Assembly (NCBI RefSeq): GCF_009914755.1
Contig: NC_060934.1
Source of the DNA: the human T2T-CHM13v2.0 reference genome, Homo sapiens
DNA length: 64,000 bases
Reading direction: 5' to 3' (one strand)
Shown here: positions 38,862-51,854 of the stretch, piece by piece
How positions within the stretch are numbered: the first letter of the stretch is position 1
Layout of the letters: each line of letters opens with the position of its first letter
Notes under the pieces: model-generated
Databases searched by the model: none
What the model saw: only the letters and a program-made list of their open reading frames with translations
What the model was told of the DNA's origin: nothing
Made by a program: the position numbers and the translations under genes

Positions 38862-40626
38862 CTGGTATGAAAATGGAAAAAGAGACAATGTAATTGTTTC
38901 TATACTACATTCTGTATTCAGTATTTTCTAAACTGCAGCTGTAAATCACAAAACAAAATGTATGTTCTCTTTAAAATGCGGTAACATGAAAGAATAAGCT
39001 CAAGCTAGAAGTGCTCTTTCTGGCTATCTATTAAATATTAAGAATACTATATTCCTAAATCAATGAATCTCTGAGGAATCTGGAAAGCAGACTAAGAATT
39101 TAATTCAAATTTACTGGGTGACAACTATGTGAATTTGAATGTTCCCATTAAAGTGTGAGGGACACGAAATTGTACTCTAGCAGAAGAGAGAAAAAGAAAG
39201 GTTATCCCTTTAGGCATATAATTCAGAGGTATCCAAAAGTCTACTACCAAATTAATGTGTGATTTTTCTTTTGAAGACTTAATTTACTTTTAATTTGTAT
39301 TGTGACTCCATTAGTAAAACTATATGTAAAACTCTGGGAGGGACCAAAAATGGTCATAAATATTTACAAATTTTTTCAACTCAAACCAGTAATTTTTAAA
39401 AGGCACAGCTCAAGATCAAAAGAGCACAGCACAGAATAATAAGCAGTGAGATAAAAGGAAACATTTAATCCAGTTTTATAAATCTTCCAGCTGACTTAGG
39501 GGAGAAAGCATGAGGTTCAACCTCCTTAAACCACTTCTAACATCCCAGTTACTAGTCAAAACATCTGGATGAAATAAATGTACTTGAAGGTTTTAACAAG
39601 AAAACAGAATATATAATAATCTAAGAATTTCACATAATTGTGTTTTATCCCACTGGTGCTGATTTTGGACTAGTGAAGTACAGCAAAATTCCACATAGCC
39701 CCATAATTCACTAATACAAAAAGACCAATACCACAGGACACTGATGCCCCCCAAGTCTATTCCCTAAAAAGCATTCATTGCATTCTGACCAGGAATGTTT
39801 CTACACGTCATTACCATGACTGATGCACCTCCATTATCAACTACTCACTCATCCATTCGAGAAGTATTTCTTGAGTACATATTATGTGCCAGCATTGTTC
39901 AGGCCTTAACAAACATAACGAAGAGTCTACAGATGACACTTATGAATTTAAAGCAGCCTTTTAATTCACCCTGGTCTCCTGCTCCCCAAATCCAGGTAGA
40001 TCTCTGAAACTGGCCACACCAATGAGGCCAGTACTCTAGAATCAATATTCTAGAGTACGGGAGTTTGGAACATCTTCACCCAAACTCCCATATTCTAGAA
40101 TATTTATTTCCCCATTCCACCTGAGTTCCAATCAGTCTTTCCTATTGTAAGCAAGCTCCTGTAAGAGCAAAGGCAGTAATTCATTCTGTTAAGATTTCTA
40201 GCAATGACTTTCCAGTACAAGAATTTGTACCTAGATACTCAGTAACTGGCAAAAATATCAAACTCAATTCTCTTTCGGCTATAAAATAGGAAATACAATG
40301 TCTCCAACATTTATATTACAGAAAGCAGAGAACTCTGGAAATATGTGCATCTCTGAACTCTTATTTGCCTTTCATGTTTTAGAAACCCATTCAATTATTA
40401 ATCCATAAAACAAGGCTGCTATTCCCACATGGCACTGTCACCAAAGCACCTGTTCTCCTGCCTTTCTTTAGTTTCCTTTGGAGCTTAACATTTAATGTTT
40501 GGAAATGTGAACACTTCTTGAGACACAGTCCCAGAGAAACTAAAGGTTACTAAGAATTACTTCCCCCTCCCACTCCTACCGCCCATCCCTGCCTCTTCCC
40601 ACCTTTACACCTTGCCCCGCCCTTAC

Positions 40627-40740
40627 CTACTGCTGTTCAGCACATTTCCAGTCACATTGGTGGCAAACATGCCCTTATGCACATCTCGCTCTTGAATAAA
40701 AAGAACGTAAGAAAGGCGTCTTGCAAGCCATCCGCGGTGT
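40627..40740 (-). CDS. GPAM: GPAM exon 6
   Basis: 114 nt; HRGWLARRLSYVLFIQERDVHKGMFATNVTGNVLNSS(R). Confidence 0.97.
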
Positions 40741-43010
40741 CTGTGAAAATGATTTAGCAGAGAAGTATTAGAGGTACCCCTAAAACAAGTTGCTTAAATC
40801 ATAAACTAATTTTCTGCCCATAAAAACAAAGCCTAATGTCATCTCTTTCTGAGATTTAGGGTTCTCCTACAGCAAATTCTCCTTAGTAGTTCAGAATGTT
40901 GTGCAGCCAATTTTATTCATGTACTCTCAGCTAAAACTGAAACTTGGAATTTGTGTATTAATGTTTGAATAGTGTTACTGTGCCGAATAACCCTAATATG
41001 AAAACAAAAGAAATAAGAACATCTGGCTTTATTAATACCATTAAAAAGGCAAAAATGTTTAATGCTATATATAAGCTATATCTATTCTGATAAACCATAC
41101 AGCTTATATTTATAGCTATGGGCTATAAAAAGATAAATTTGGAAGTCTTTTCCTATGATCAAAGACTAATTTTTTTTGTTAAGTTTTTGTTTGTTTTTTC
41201 CTAAGATAATCACTGATTCTCTAATTGAATTGACAAGGCAGATCAGTTGAAAGAAGTCAAGCATGATCTAAATATTTGTACTCTAGGCTAACGAAGCCAG
41301 AATTTCTCACTTTTTCCCCCTTCACATTTTAAATACACCTGAGGGATAGAACATATTCCTGTCAGTTATAAATGACTATGTGGTGTTTAGATGGGAGGAT
41401 GGAGAGATGAGTTTCAGAATAAGAATGCTACAAGCTTTCATTATGTAATACTTTGAAAACATTTGTAATGATTACATGATATCACATTATTATTATCAAT
41501 TCAGTAACTCTGCAAAGACCCAGAATACCCTCAATAGAGAAAAAGTAACTTGAAAGAGAACTGTTTATGAATCACCTATTTCTTCACCTCTCCTTCCTGC
41601 CATTCTCTTTTTCTTCCTCCCTTCCTTTGTCTAAATCTTCCAAAAATTTGGCCCAATATATTAAATGTTAATCCTAAACTCCTCCTTCAGTCAACATTTT
41701 CAGAAATACTATTGGTATGTACAAAGTCCAAGCTCTCTATGAAATCCCTTTGCAACTGACTGAAAGCATTGTGTGTGTGTGCGCACATGTGCATGAGTGT
41801 GACAGTGACAGAGTGTGTGACTCTATGTGAATGTGTAAAAATGTTTTAGGCTTTGCTTCATAGAATACACAGAAGAAGTAAATAGCTGAACATGCAGCTT
41901 ATTTCACTGAATAGTTTCATTCTGCCTCGTCATCATAGCAAATGCGATTTTCCTTAACTGTCTCTAATTGAGGGCAAGAAACAAACCTCTTGGCTTTATA
42001 TATAAAATATCTACTTACATAAGGAAGACTCTGAGATCCCTTTTCTTAGGATCTTATCATCTTATCAAAAAAAATTCAACGGACCAAAGTCTCTCCCCTC
42101 TTTTTTAAATTTAAATTTAAATGTAAATTTAAAAGAGAGAGAGAGAGAGACCAGCAGCCTGGGAATGATCTGCTCATGTACTTAGACTTAAGTTCTATTT
42201 TTAAAAGTTTACTATATATCCAAGTATTATCATTCTCATATGTGATCTCATCATCAAATTATGAGAAGTAATATCATAAGGGCTTCAAGTAGTTGATTTC
42301 TTGCACTAATTTTCATAGAATTTCAAGTATTTCTCATCTGAGCCTATCTGCCTGCCTACTCCAGGTATCTATTTTTAGAATTACAAGGACTGCTAGCATT
42401 TGGCTACTGATTCTCTTGCCTCACAGACATTCACACAACCTTTCGACCCTCCTTCCCTGTCCCCTGGCCTAGAGTCAGATAAAACAAAGACCTTTTTCTC
42501 TCACACTGGTGCTTACAAGCCTATCCCCATATGCCTAGAAATTGTAAGAACTCTAAGTAAAGTCTTGGGTAAATAGTAACTCAAACAACATTTGCTCAAC
42601 AGAGAAAATGTCTTTTAACACCCTACAGATTGGGCAGATTTCAATAATTTATACTTTTTTTAAGTATTAAATAGTCATAATAAATCATAAGAGATTCAAA
42701 CCTACCGGTCTTCTCAGACAAATATTTCCCACATTTTGGCATACTTCATATGCAAATCAATATAAGTCAAAGAACATTCTAAGTGACATCTACACTCCCC
42801 TGAAATTATCTGTAAGTACACAAGTGGTAACAGTAATAGTTCTCTCTGTGGCTATACTGCTTCCAATTTTCAGATAATCTCTCTTGTGTCAGAAACTCAT
42901 ATTCTATTCACTCTCAGTAATGCAAAGCAATTCAGCTTAAAGTGTGTTAACTGATTATTATGAAGTTTTTCTTTTGAGATGTATTAAAAACATAAGAAAT
43001 TTCTTTTTAC

Positions 43011-43084
43011 CTTGTGTGAGTTTCATTGATATAAATAACATTCCGCAAACCCAAAGACGGGATACTGGGGTTGAAAAATTTGTC
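43011..43084 (-). CDS. GPAM: GPAM exon 5
   Basis: 74 nt, AG/GT bounded; DKFFNPSIPSLGLRNVIYINETHT(R). Confidence 0.97.
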
Positions 43085-43294
43085 CTATATAAAACAAAGT
43101 AAATGTAGACATAAATACACAACTAGATTGACGGTGAAGAGCTCTCATTATGAGTTCTTGATAACTTTAATATCAAGCATAAAAACAGATATTGCCTCAA
43201 AAATCTTAGTGAAGAAAAAAGTTTTATTGAAAAGTACTTTTTAGCCTTCAAAGAATGTCATAAACTCAAAATTCATCTTTAAAATCTTAAAACT

Positions 43295-43696
<402 letters not shown>

Positions 43697-45495
43697 TCAG
43701 AGATTTCAGTTTTCCCAAAATACAAAGACCACGCTAAGTACCATGCAGTTATTGTTGCTTACTAAATCTCCCAAAATCCCTGACACAAAAGAGTTATCAC
43801 CATTTTCTAGGTGAGAAACTAAGACCGGGAGAGGTTTAGGATTCAATCTTATGTCTTGATCTAAAGAGTATGGTCTTTCTATTACCCCTAAATAACTGTC
43901 CATTTAATGAGAAATCGTCTGTCTACTGGTCACCCTCTTTACATGTGATCTTGAAAGATAATCCAGAGATAGCTTTGCTGAAAAGATAGTCTATAGCTTT
44001 ATCAATATGGGCAAAAAGGTAACTGTTCCACACTTAAATGCTGAAAAAGCACAATGTTCCCTCAACAAATATAAAACTACTTAAGTGGAATCTCTTTAGA
44101 GAAAAGGAAAATACGATTTCAGAGAAAAGATAGCAAATATTATACAGTTACCAATAAAAACATTTTTAAACAAATTATTTTAAATGATCATGTCATGGAA
44201 GTAATTCAAGATCAAGTTCAACTCCATCAGGTACTATAGTAGGGCAAAAATCAATTGTCTGTTGTACTATCTACCTTTACCCTTTACTCCAAACCATTAC
44301 CACCACCAAATTATTTCCTATACCCTCTGACTTAAGAACACATTGTAGTTATTGTTTTAAGTATTCAAAATTAGAATTAGACTAGATGTCAGATCTAAAA
44401 AGAAAATGACATTCTGTTTAAATCTTGATTTCAAGTGACCTATTAATCTGAACTAGCTTTACTCCTAGGCTAGAAATTTCTGTGATTCTTGAATTCTACC
44501 AAATTCTTGCAACAAGGTAGTTGTGGTTTAAAAGAAGCAATATTTATAACAAGACATTCTTCAGCAGATCTGAACATTTAACATAAACTGCTTGGGTTCC
44601 ACACAAATCTCTCCCATGTTAGTAAACCCCTTTATACCAGACTCAGAATTCTACTTTCTGCCAAACCAACCTTGAGTAGAAAATTCACACAGCACAATTA
44701 CCTAGCCACACAAGTTACAAGCAACCTCTATAAATGGCAGGCACTTAAACGGCAGAATTTCTTCATCCTAATAACTGGATCCCAGAGAGAGCTTAACATC
44801 CAGATATGACTTTTAAAAGGCAATTCTACTGCCTTCAAACACAACTACATGAAGTTCTTGTTCCTGTGCTAATTTGTCCTTCTCTTCAACTACCACCGAA
44901 AATATACCTCTCACCCACTTGGCTCTTCTCAAAGACTGCACTGTAATGCAAAAGATATTGCATGGCTTGTGTTTTTTCACCAAAATACAAACAACAAACC
45001 CATATACACTCTCTTAAATCTTCATTCTAACATTTTAGTGACAATCTTTCACTATCACAAAGTCAACAGACACCTTCCATTAGCAAAGGCTCAGAGCAAA
45101 GTCACAGCTTTAACTTCTTATTCTGTCCCATTATCTCTTTCTTATCTTGCTAGAATTTTAATGTTAAGTGCTAAAGTTCAACACCTAAAAGTTCATGAAG
45201 GTTCCCACTAACTCCTTTGAAGACTTAACCAAAAGTAAGATCTACTCTCCCCCTTAAAATCCTACTAAAACCTCAAAAGAACTAGAATGTTACCTAGTAT
45301 CAATTATGGGACCAATATTTACTGAATAAATAAATGGAAAGAAAAAGTGTGTCAACATCTTTACTTGAAATATTTGGTTCATAAACATGGGTCTCTGTTC
45401 TGAAAGTGAATTTAGTCCAATAAGACTGCCTACTACAAAGTTGGAAATAATATTTTATGCTGAGTATTAGGGTCAATAAGCAGTAAGGTTCTTAC

Positions 45496-45618
45496 CCAGC
45501 TCTGGGGAGTGCAGGAGTAACAACATCTTCCAACAAATGGCCTTTTCCGACTCATTAGGCTTTCTTTCCATTTTAAAGTTGCAGATCTGAAGACGGTGGG
45601 TCTAAAGCCACACTCACC
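45496..45618 (-). CDS. GPAM: GPAM exon 4 (aa 35-75)
   Basis: AG/GT bounded, 123 nt; GECGFRPTVFRSATLKWKESLMSRKRPFVGRCCYSCTPQSW. Confidence 0.97.
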
Positions 45619-46705
45619 CTGACAAATATTAAGAAAAAAATATAGTTTCTAAATGGCAAGAGAATACTTGTCTACTTGATCTCAAAATCTAAAGTATTTT
45701 GAACAGAAGAAAAACTTATGGCATATTCTGGGTGATTTTCATTTAAGTACTCCCTCCATGATCAACACTTGGATAAAAGCTTACCACATAAGCAAAAGCT
45801 GAGCACCCAAGGATAGTAATAGCTACACACTGAAGGCAGTATTCAAAAATTTAAAAACTAAATTGTAGAAGGTCAAACAGACTTCTGACAGCTAGATAAA
45901 TCAATTCAGACTCCTGGATCTCTAGTCTAACAATTAACCTTACCCCCTTTTAAATCACACAGTCGCACTACAGAACTATAAAGGCCTTACATAGTGAGCA
46001 AGTTTTTATAATTTTACTTTAAATAAAAAACAGGTAAACTTATATAACATTCCTTTATCTTATCAAGGGAACTTAAAGACCAGAACTTAAATTGTAGCTA
46101 TACTATTCAATTAGGGTCAAACCTTGCTCTTCTATTCTAAAAATGCTTAACTTTGAGCTCAGTTGCTCACATCTCTGTTATACAGATATAACATTCTCAA
46201 AATTAAGCAAAAAAAAAAACCCCACCATTTTTTATATAAAGACAATTAAGATATTTAAAATACGTCATGTTATATTGAAATAGGAAAAACAATCCAAGAA
46301 AATGTACGCCTTTTGGATTGAATTCATACTATAAGTTCCTAATTTTTTAAAGTTTACTTCTATTATAAAATTCATGCTTTTCAAGTATAACTCATGGAAA
46401 GTACATACCAAGAGAAAGAAAGAAAAAAAAATTTCTTACCGACCCAAAACTACTACTAGGGTTTTTTTCCTATGCAAAATGATTATTTTGTTTTCTAACA
46501 TAATCAGTGTACATAAATTTTCTAACCATTTTTTCTTCCCAATATAATGCCATAAAATTTTTTATTAGGCTTCATAAACATACCAGTTTCTGTAGCTATT
46601 AATCTTGATGTGATATTATGTTGCTGCCAGTATTTGCACCTTCATAAACATCATTGAAATGAACATTTTTAGGCTGAGTGCTTTTAACTCTTATCCTAAA
46701 CTTAC

Positions 46706-46807
46706 CCATTCCTCACTTGTGTGCTTACATCGACCAACACTGTATTCTGATGAATGTGGCAGATAAGAAACATCTATTGTACCAAGGGTCAGTGCAGATT
46801 CATCCAT
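46706..46807 (-). CDS. GPAM: GPAM exon 3, coding part (aa 1-34; exon starts at 46836)
   Basis: GACATGG start; MDESALTLGTIDVSYLPHSSEYSVGRCKHTSEEW; donor TGG|GTAAG. Confidence 0.97.
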
Positions 46808-47100
46808 GTCACAAAGTGTAATTCCCAAATCATGTGCTATAAAAAATAGGTACCATTTAAATTAACAAGGAATCGAGAGAGTAAATACTAGAACTCAAAA
46901 TTCTGATTTCTACATTACTTTGCTCCACAATGGGATATCACATGAACTGACAGACTTCTACCATGTTGAGTCACAAGGTAAAAACTGACTTTGATGTGTT
47001 TATATGAACACAGTTAGGCTTCCCTGACTAGAAAAAAAAAAAATCAGCATTTGTATTCTAAGACTTCCTGAATATATAAGGATACAACATTGTATCCTTT

Positions 47101-47214
47101 GTATCCACACAAAATAGCTATGAATAGTATCCAAACAAAACATAGTATGCAAACAAAATAGTATCCAAACAAAATAGCTATGAATTGTATCCAAACAAAA
47201 TAGCTATGAATAGT
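47101..47214. repeat. Irregular minisatellite, unit GTATCCAAACAAAATAGCTATGAATA (26 bp) with 16-18 bp sub-units
   Basis: Five GTAT[C/G]CA[A/C]ACAAAA cores in ~114 bp of intron 2. Confidence 0.85.
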
Positions 47215-47816
47215 CATTTGCAAATGAAAATAAGAGCTTATTCTTATTTCATTTTTGTTAATTGAATAGTTCCTGGCAGAAGGAAGGCATGTTTATTTAA
47301 TTAAGGCAATTAGGGCACCCCTTAAGTTCCCGTACTTAAATTAAGATCTTAATTTTCTTGTGATGTCCTAAAAGAACATTTTCACTTTTAATACAAAGGT
47401 AATACAAAGCTACAAAGCTCTGAAAGAAAAGCACACTATTTTGAAATATCTGATGTATAAGTTTTCATCCTTTTCGATAAGCTTTTTTCTACCCTAAGGA
47501 AAAAGATTCACTAAGAGTAAACTCCTAGAATAGATATTAATCCAAAATATAAAAACTTTCAAACATAATCTCTAGCCTCACATTATTTTTGCTTTTGGCT
47601 GTTTCTCACCTGGCCTAAAATTATTCCTTTAAAATCCTGAAAGGTCATGTCTAGATTAACAGTGTTCCTTTGGAAGGCATATTCCAATTTCTTTACAATC
47701 CCCACATGGGTTGGCTACAGTCACTGTTATTCTCGGCATAACCACCTATGTCCTTAAAAATTTAACATAAGTACAATCTAACATAACAGGCTAGGGGAGA
47801 GAATAAACCAATGCAC

Positions 47817-47914
47817 CTGGGATGAAAGTTCTTCTGTTTCATAACATAAAACTTCAGGACTCAGCTATCAGTTTCGGGTGCAGAATGTCCATACAACAGG
47901 GGAGCCGCTGCTGC
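47817..47914 (-). other. GPAM: GPAM exon 2 (non-coding 5'UTR, 98 nt)
   Basis: Pyrimidine tract and TCTCAG| acceptor at 47916-47915; donor CCCAG|GTGCAT; consistent with the GPAM 5'UTR as I recall it. Confidence 0.85.
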
Positions 47915-48109
47915 CTGAGAAAATGAAGTGAAGAGAGGATGAGGAGAGGACAAAGAGGCTCGTTTGTGCCAACAGGAGGTCCACGTTTTGCACTTCCTCC
48001 CTCCGCACAGTTCGCTCTAGGTCAAGGAGTAATAAAGAAGCAATATCCCAGAGGCACCAGCCAGCAGCATGCGCTGAGAGAAGCTGACTAGAGGATCTGA
48101 AAAGGACAG

Positions 48110-48345
48110 AGGCTGGAAGACCAGCTGTGAGGTTTAAATCTTCCACTGCTTACCATCTGTGTGATTTTTTATTACCATAAGTTGGTTAACTTCTATGCCT
48201 TAGTTTTCCCATCTGGAAAATGGGCAGAATGATAGCTCTTAACCTCCTGGATTGTTGAGAGGACGGAATAATATAAACAAAGGGTCTACCACAGTGTGTA
48301 ACACACAGTGAGCGCTCAGTCCAATCAATGGTAACGCTGTCATTA
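48110..48345 (+). mobile_element. MIR in intron 1
   Basis: MIR core: ttaacttctatgccttagttttcccatctggaaaatggg...ggattgttgagagga. Confidence 0.7.
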
Positions 48346-48399
48346 ATTATCTCCAGCATACCGGCTGCTCTCAGAGTACCCCTTACTGCCTCAATGTTC

Positions 48400-48900
48400 C
48401 CTAGGGACCCAGGCGGGCTGGCTGGCGGCGCCTCCGCGCGTGCAGATACTTAGGGGACTGAGTCCATAAGGACTCCTTCCAACCCAGGGGAACCCATGCC
48501 CCAGCGCAGTCTCCCCAGGAGAGATGAATCCTGATCCCCACCCCTGCACGAGCCCGACCGATTTCTCAGGGAGAAGACCGGAGCTCGGGTGTCAGGGAAT
48601 AGGGGACACGACTGCCCCAGCAACTTGCAGGAGTCGCACCACCTCCATGCACTTGTCCCGGCGCTCCCGGCCCGAGTAGCCTCCCGCAGCCCACACCTGC
48701 CCTGGCAGTTCGCACCCTAGCAGCTCCAGCTTCGGCTGCTGCAGAAGCCCGCACTTCCAGTCCCGGCCAATGCCAGCTGCAGTGGCGCACCCTGATGACG
48801 CAACCGGCGCGTGGCATTGACGCGGGGCCGCCGGCTAGCCAGCGCCGGGGGCGGGGCCCGGCCTGCGAGCCTCAGGGAGCGTGAGCGGATCCGAGGGTGT
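48400..48900 (-). promoter_or_regulatory. GPAM: CpG-rich GPAM promoter with GC box, CCAAT box, CRE/ATF-like half sites and ETS-like core
   Basis: Only strongly CpG-dense segment in the window. GGGGGCGGGGC at ~48847-48857, CCAAT 48767-48771, GATGACGCAA ~48794-48803, CACTTCC ~48752-48758. No obvious TATA box. Confidence 0.85.
48697..48780 (-). other. GPAM: GPAM exon 1 (non-coding 5'UTR); 5' end approximate
   Basis: Donor GGGCAG|GTGTGG (GT at 48696-48695) inside the CpG region; a second possible donor CTAGG|GTGCGA at 48716. Confidence 0.75.
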
Positions 48901-49279
48901 AATGTGTGTACTCGAGTGTGCGTGCCTGTGTGTGGCTAAAGATAGTGTGTGAGCGCCTGGACAGATGGTTACCCTGCCTAGGCCATGCGTGTGTGAGTGT
49001 GTGTGGGTACCTCATTCTGCTTTGTGTAAATTCAGCTTATCCGGGAGCTTGTCCCTCTTCCAGGCTCTGTTGGGAATGTGCGCGTGGGCTATCAGGTTAT
49101 GTGTGTGGTCTGACTTTTTATGAGATCTGTAAGACTATGTAGGATTTACTACGAATGGGAGAGGCAGGGATTGCAAATGGCCATGTTGTGTAATTTCTAC
49201 CAAAGTGGCTGAGTGCCTTTTCCTTTAAGGAGGAAAATGAGATATGAAAAGAAGCAAATAAGGCTTGTAGTATAAAAAG

Positions 49280-49520
49280 CCTCAGTTAGGAGAAATAAGG
49301 GCTTTTTTCCCCCTTCGGACTATATGTTACACAGCATGGTGAATATAGTAAATAATAATGTATTATACAGTTCAAAATCGCTAAGAGTACATTTCAAAAG
49401 TTCTCACCATGAAAACTGAGAAGTATTTGAGGTGGATATGTCAATTAGCTTGATTCAGTTATTCCACATTGTATTCATAAGTCATAACATCGATTTGTAC
49501 CCCCTAAATATATGCAACTA
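49280..49520 (+). mobile_element. L1MA 3' end fragment
   Basis: acagcatggtgaatatagtaaataataatgtattatac...gaggtggatatgtcaattagcttgatt. Confidence 0.75.
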
Positions 49521-50581
49521 TTTAGATAGTTTAAAGTTTATAGCAATCCAGTCTAGCCAGCTAAGATGGAGCAACAGGACTGAATTTACTCTCCTGCCTA
49601 AAACAACTAAAAACAAAAACAAACAGGCATTTATAAGACAATGGCTTTTAAACGTTGTGCTGGACAGTGGTCCTTGAGGAGGGAAAACAAATGAGGTGAG
49701 CCCTATGATTGCCTTGATTTACTAACTAGAGGGAGCAGCCAAAAAGAGCTAGGCAGACTCCCTGAGTTGAAGAGATAGAACTGGGAGAGCAGGGAGGCCA
49801 AAGCAGCTGGAACTGTGAGTTGTATATCAGAAAGGAGAAAGCTACACAGAGAAAGAAGGAGCTGTGGAGATCTACAACAGATCTCACTCCAGTCTTCCGC
49901 TGATTAGAGCATGTGTGTGAGGAAGCTACCTAAGGGCAGGAAATAATCATGTATGAAGAAAAGAGAGCAATTACTAAAGTTTGCACAGGGTAGGAAATTA
50001 ATTCTGCTCCCACAAGGCAGAGTAGAAAGATACCCAGTGATTATACAGGACCAGAAATAGTGCCTGATCCTGGCACCCCGACTGGAAAACCTCATAATTC
50101 ACAACTCAAATGGTTTTGCTTCAGTAGTGGGGCAAAATTAGCTCTAATGTAAAAGCTACTCTGATTCTATCTTAGAAATCTTAAAAGCCAGCCACCAAAG
50201 GAATAAACCGTTTTTGAGAACAAAGTGTCCCAGAGCAAAGCACAAGAATATTTACAGGAAATTAAAAATAACCAACACCTAACAAGGTAAAATTTGCAAC
50301 ATCTGGAATCCAAACAGAATTATCAGGCATGCGAAAAGAAGCAGGAAATGAGAAAAAAAAATCAACCAATTGAAATCATCCCAGAAATGACAGAGATGAT
50401 AAAATAAGAGAACAAGGACATTAAGAAAGTAATTATGACTGTATTCAATGTTTTCAACAAGTAGAAAAAATAAACTGAGCATGGGAAGTAGAGATGTGAA
50501 AAATCTTTAAAAAAAAAAAAAAGACACAAACCAAACATCTAGGAGATAATAAAACCACATCTAAGATTTTTAACACCCTAA

Positions 50582-50621
50582 CACACACACACAGACACAC
50601 ACACACACACACACACACACA
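50582..50621. repeat. (CA)n microsatellite, ~20 units with one interruption
   Basis: Read directly from the sequence. Confidence 0.95.
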
Positions 50622-50669
50622 GGATTAATAGGTTAGACATTACTAAAAAAGAAACAGTAAAAAACCTGA

Positions 50670-50800
50670 CGGGAGGCTGAGGCAGGAGAATGGCGTGAAC
50701 CCAGGAGGCAGAGCTTGCAGTGAGCCAAGATTGTGCCACTGCACTCCAGCTTGGGTGACAGAGCGAGACTCTGTCTCAAAAACAAAAACAAACAAACAAA
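50670..50800 (+). mobile_element. 5'-truncated AluY-like right arm
   Basis: AGAATGGCGTGAACC...GAGCTTGCAGTG diagnostics; TSD-like AAAAAAC[C/T]TGA. Confidence 0.85.
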
Positions 50801-51531
50801 AAAAAACTTGAAAGCATTGTGATAGAAACTATCCAAAATGAAACACTAAGGGAAGAAAAATACTGAAAGTAAAAGTAGAGTATCAGTGAGCCTAGTATAC
50901 ATGCAGTTGTAGTCCCTGAAGAAAATGAGAAATATGAGGTGAGAATAGATTAGGGAGGACAGAAAAAAGCATTTGAAAGAATAATTGATGAAAACTTTCC
51001 AAATTTGACCAAAACTATAAACTTATAAACCCAAAAAGCTCAACAAACTCAGTAGAAACATGAAGAAAACCATACCAAGAAACATCACAATCAAAATGCC
51101 TAAAGCCACTGATAAAGAGAAAATCTTAAAAGCTATCAGAGAGAAAAAAAAAGACATTACTGTACAGAGGAACAAAGATAAGAATGACAGCAGATTTCAC
51201 ATCAGAAAAATGCAAACCAGAAGATGGTGGAGCAGCATCTGAAGTACTGAATGAAGAACCTATCAATCAAGAGTTCTTTTTATATTAATATATGGTATGT
51301 ACATTTTATATATTTTTATATATATCAAAAAAATAAAATAAAAACATATTTTGACATCGAATTGCCAAAAGAATTCATCACCAGCAGGACCGTTCTATAA
51401 GCAATGTTAAAGAAAGTCTTTCAGGCAAAAAAAAAATGCTGTCAGATGGAATTCTGAATCTATGCAAAGGAATTAAGAGCTTAAGAAACCACAAATACGT
51501 AGGTAAATAATTTTTCTTATTTTTTAAACCC

Positions 51532-51854
<323 letters not shown>

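Noticed and set aside
41722-41730. HNF4-like CAAAGTCCA (also ~51955) and other isolated liver TF motifs
   Set aside because: Single short motifs occur by chance in 64 kb; they cannot be supported without chromatin data.
48780-48830. A specific SREBP element in the promoter
   Set aside because: GPAT1 is SREBP-1 regulated, but I cannot see a clear ATCACCCCAC-type site here, so none is called.
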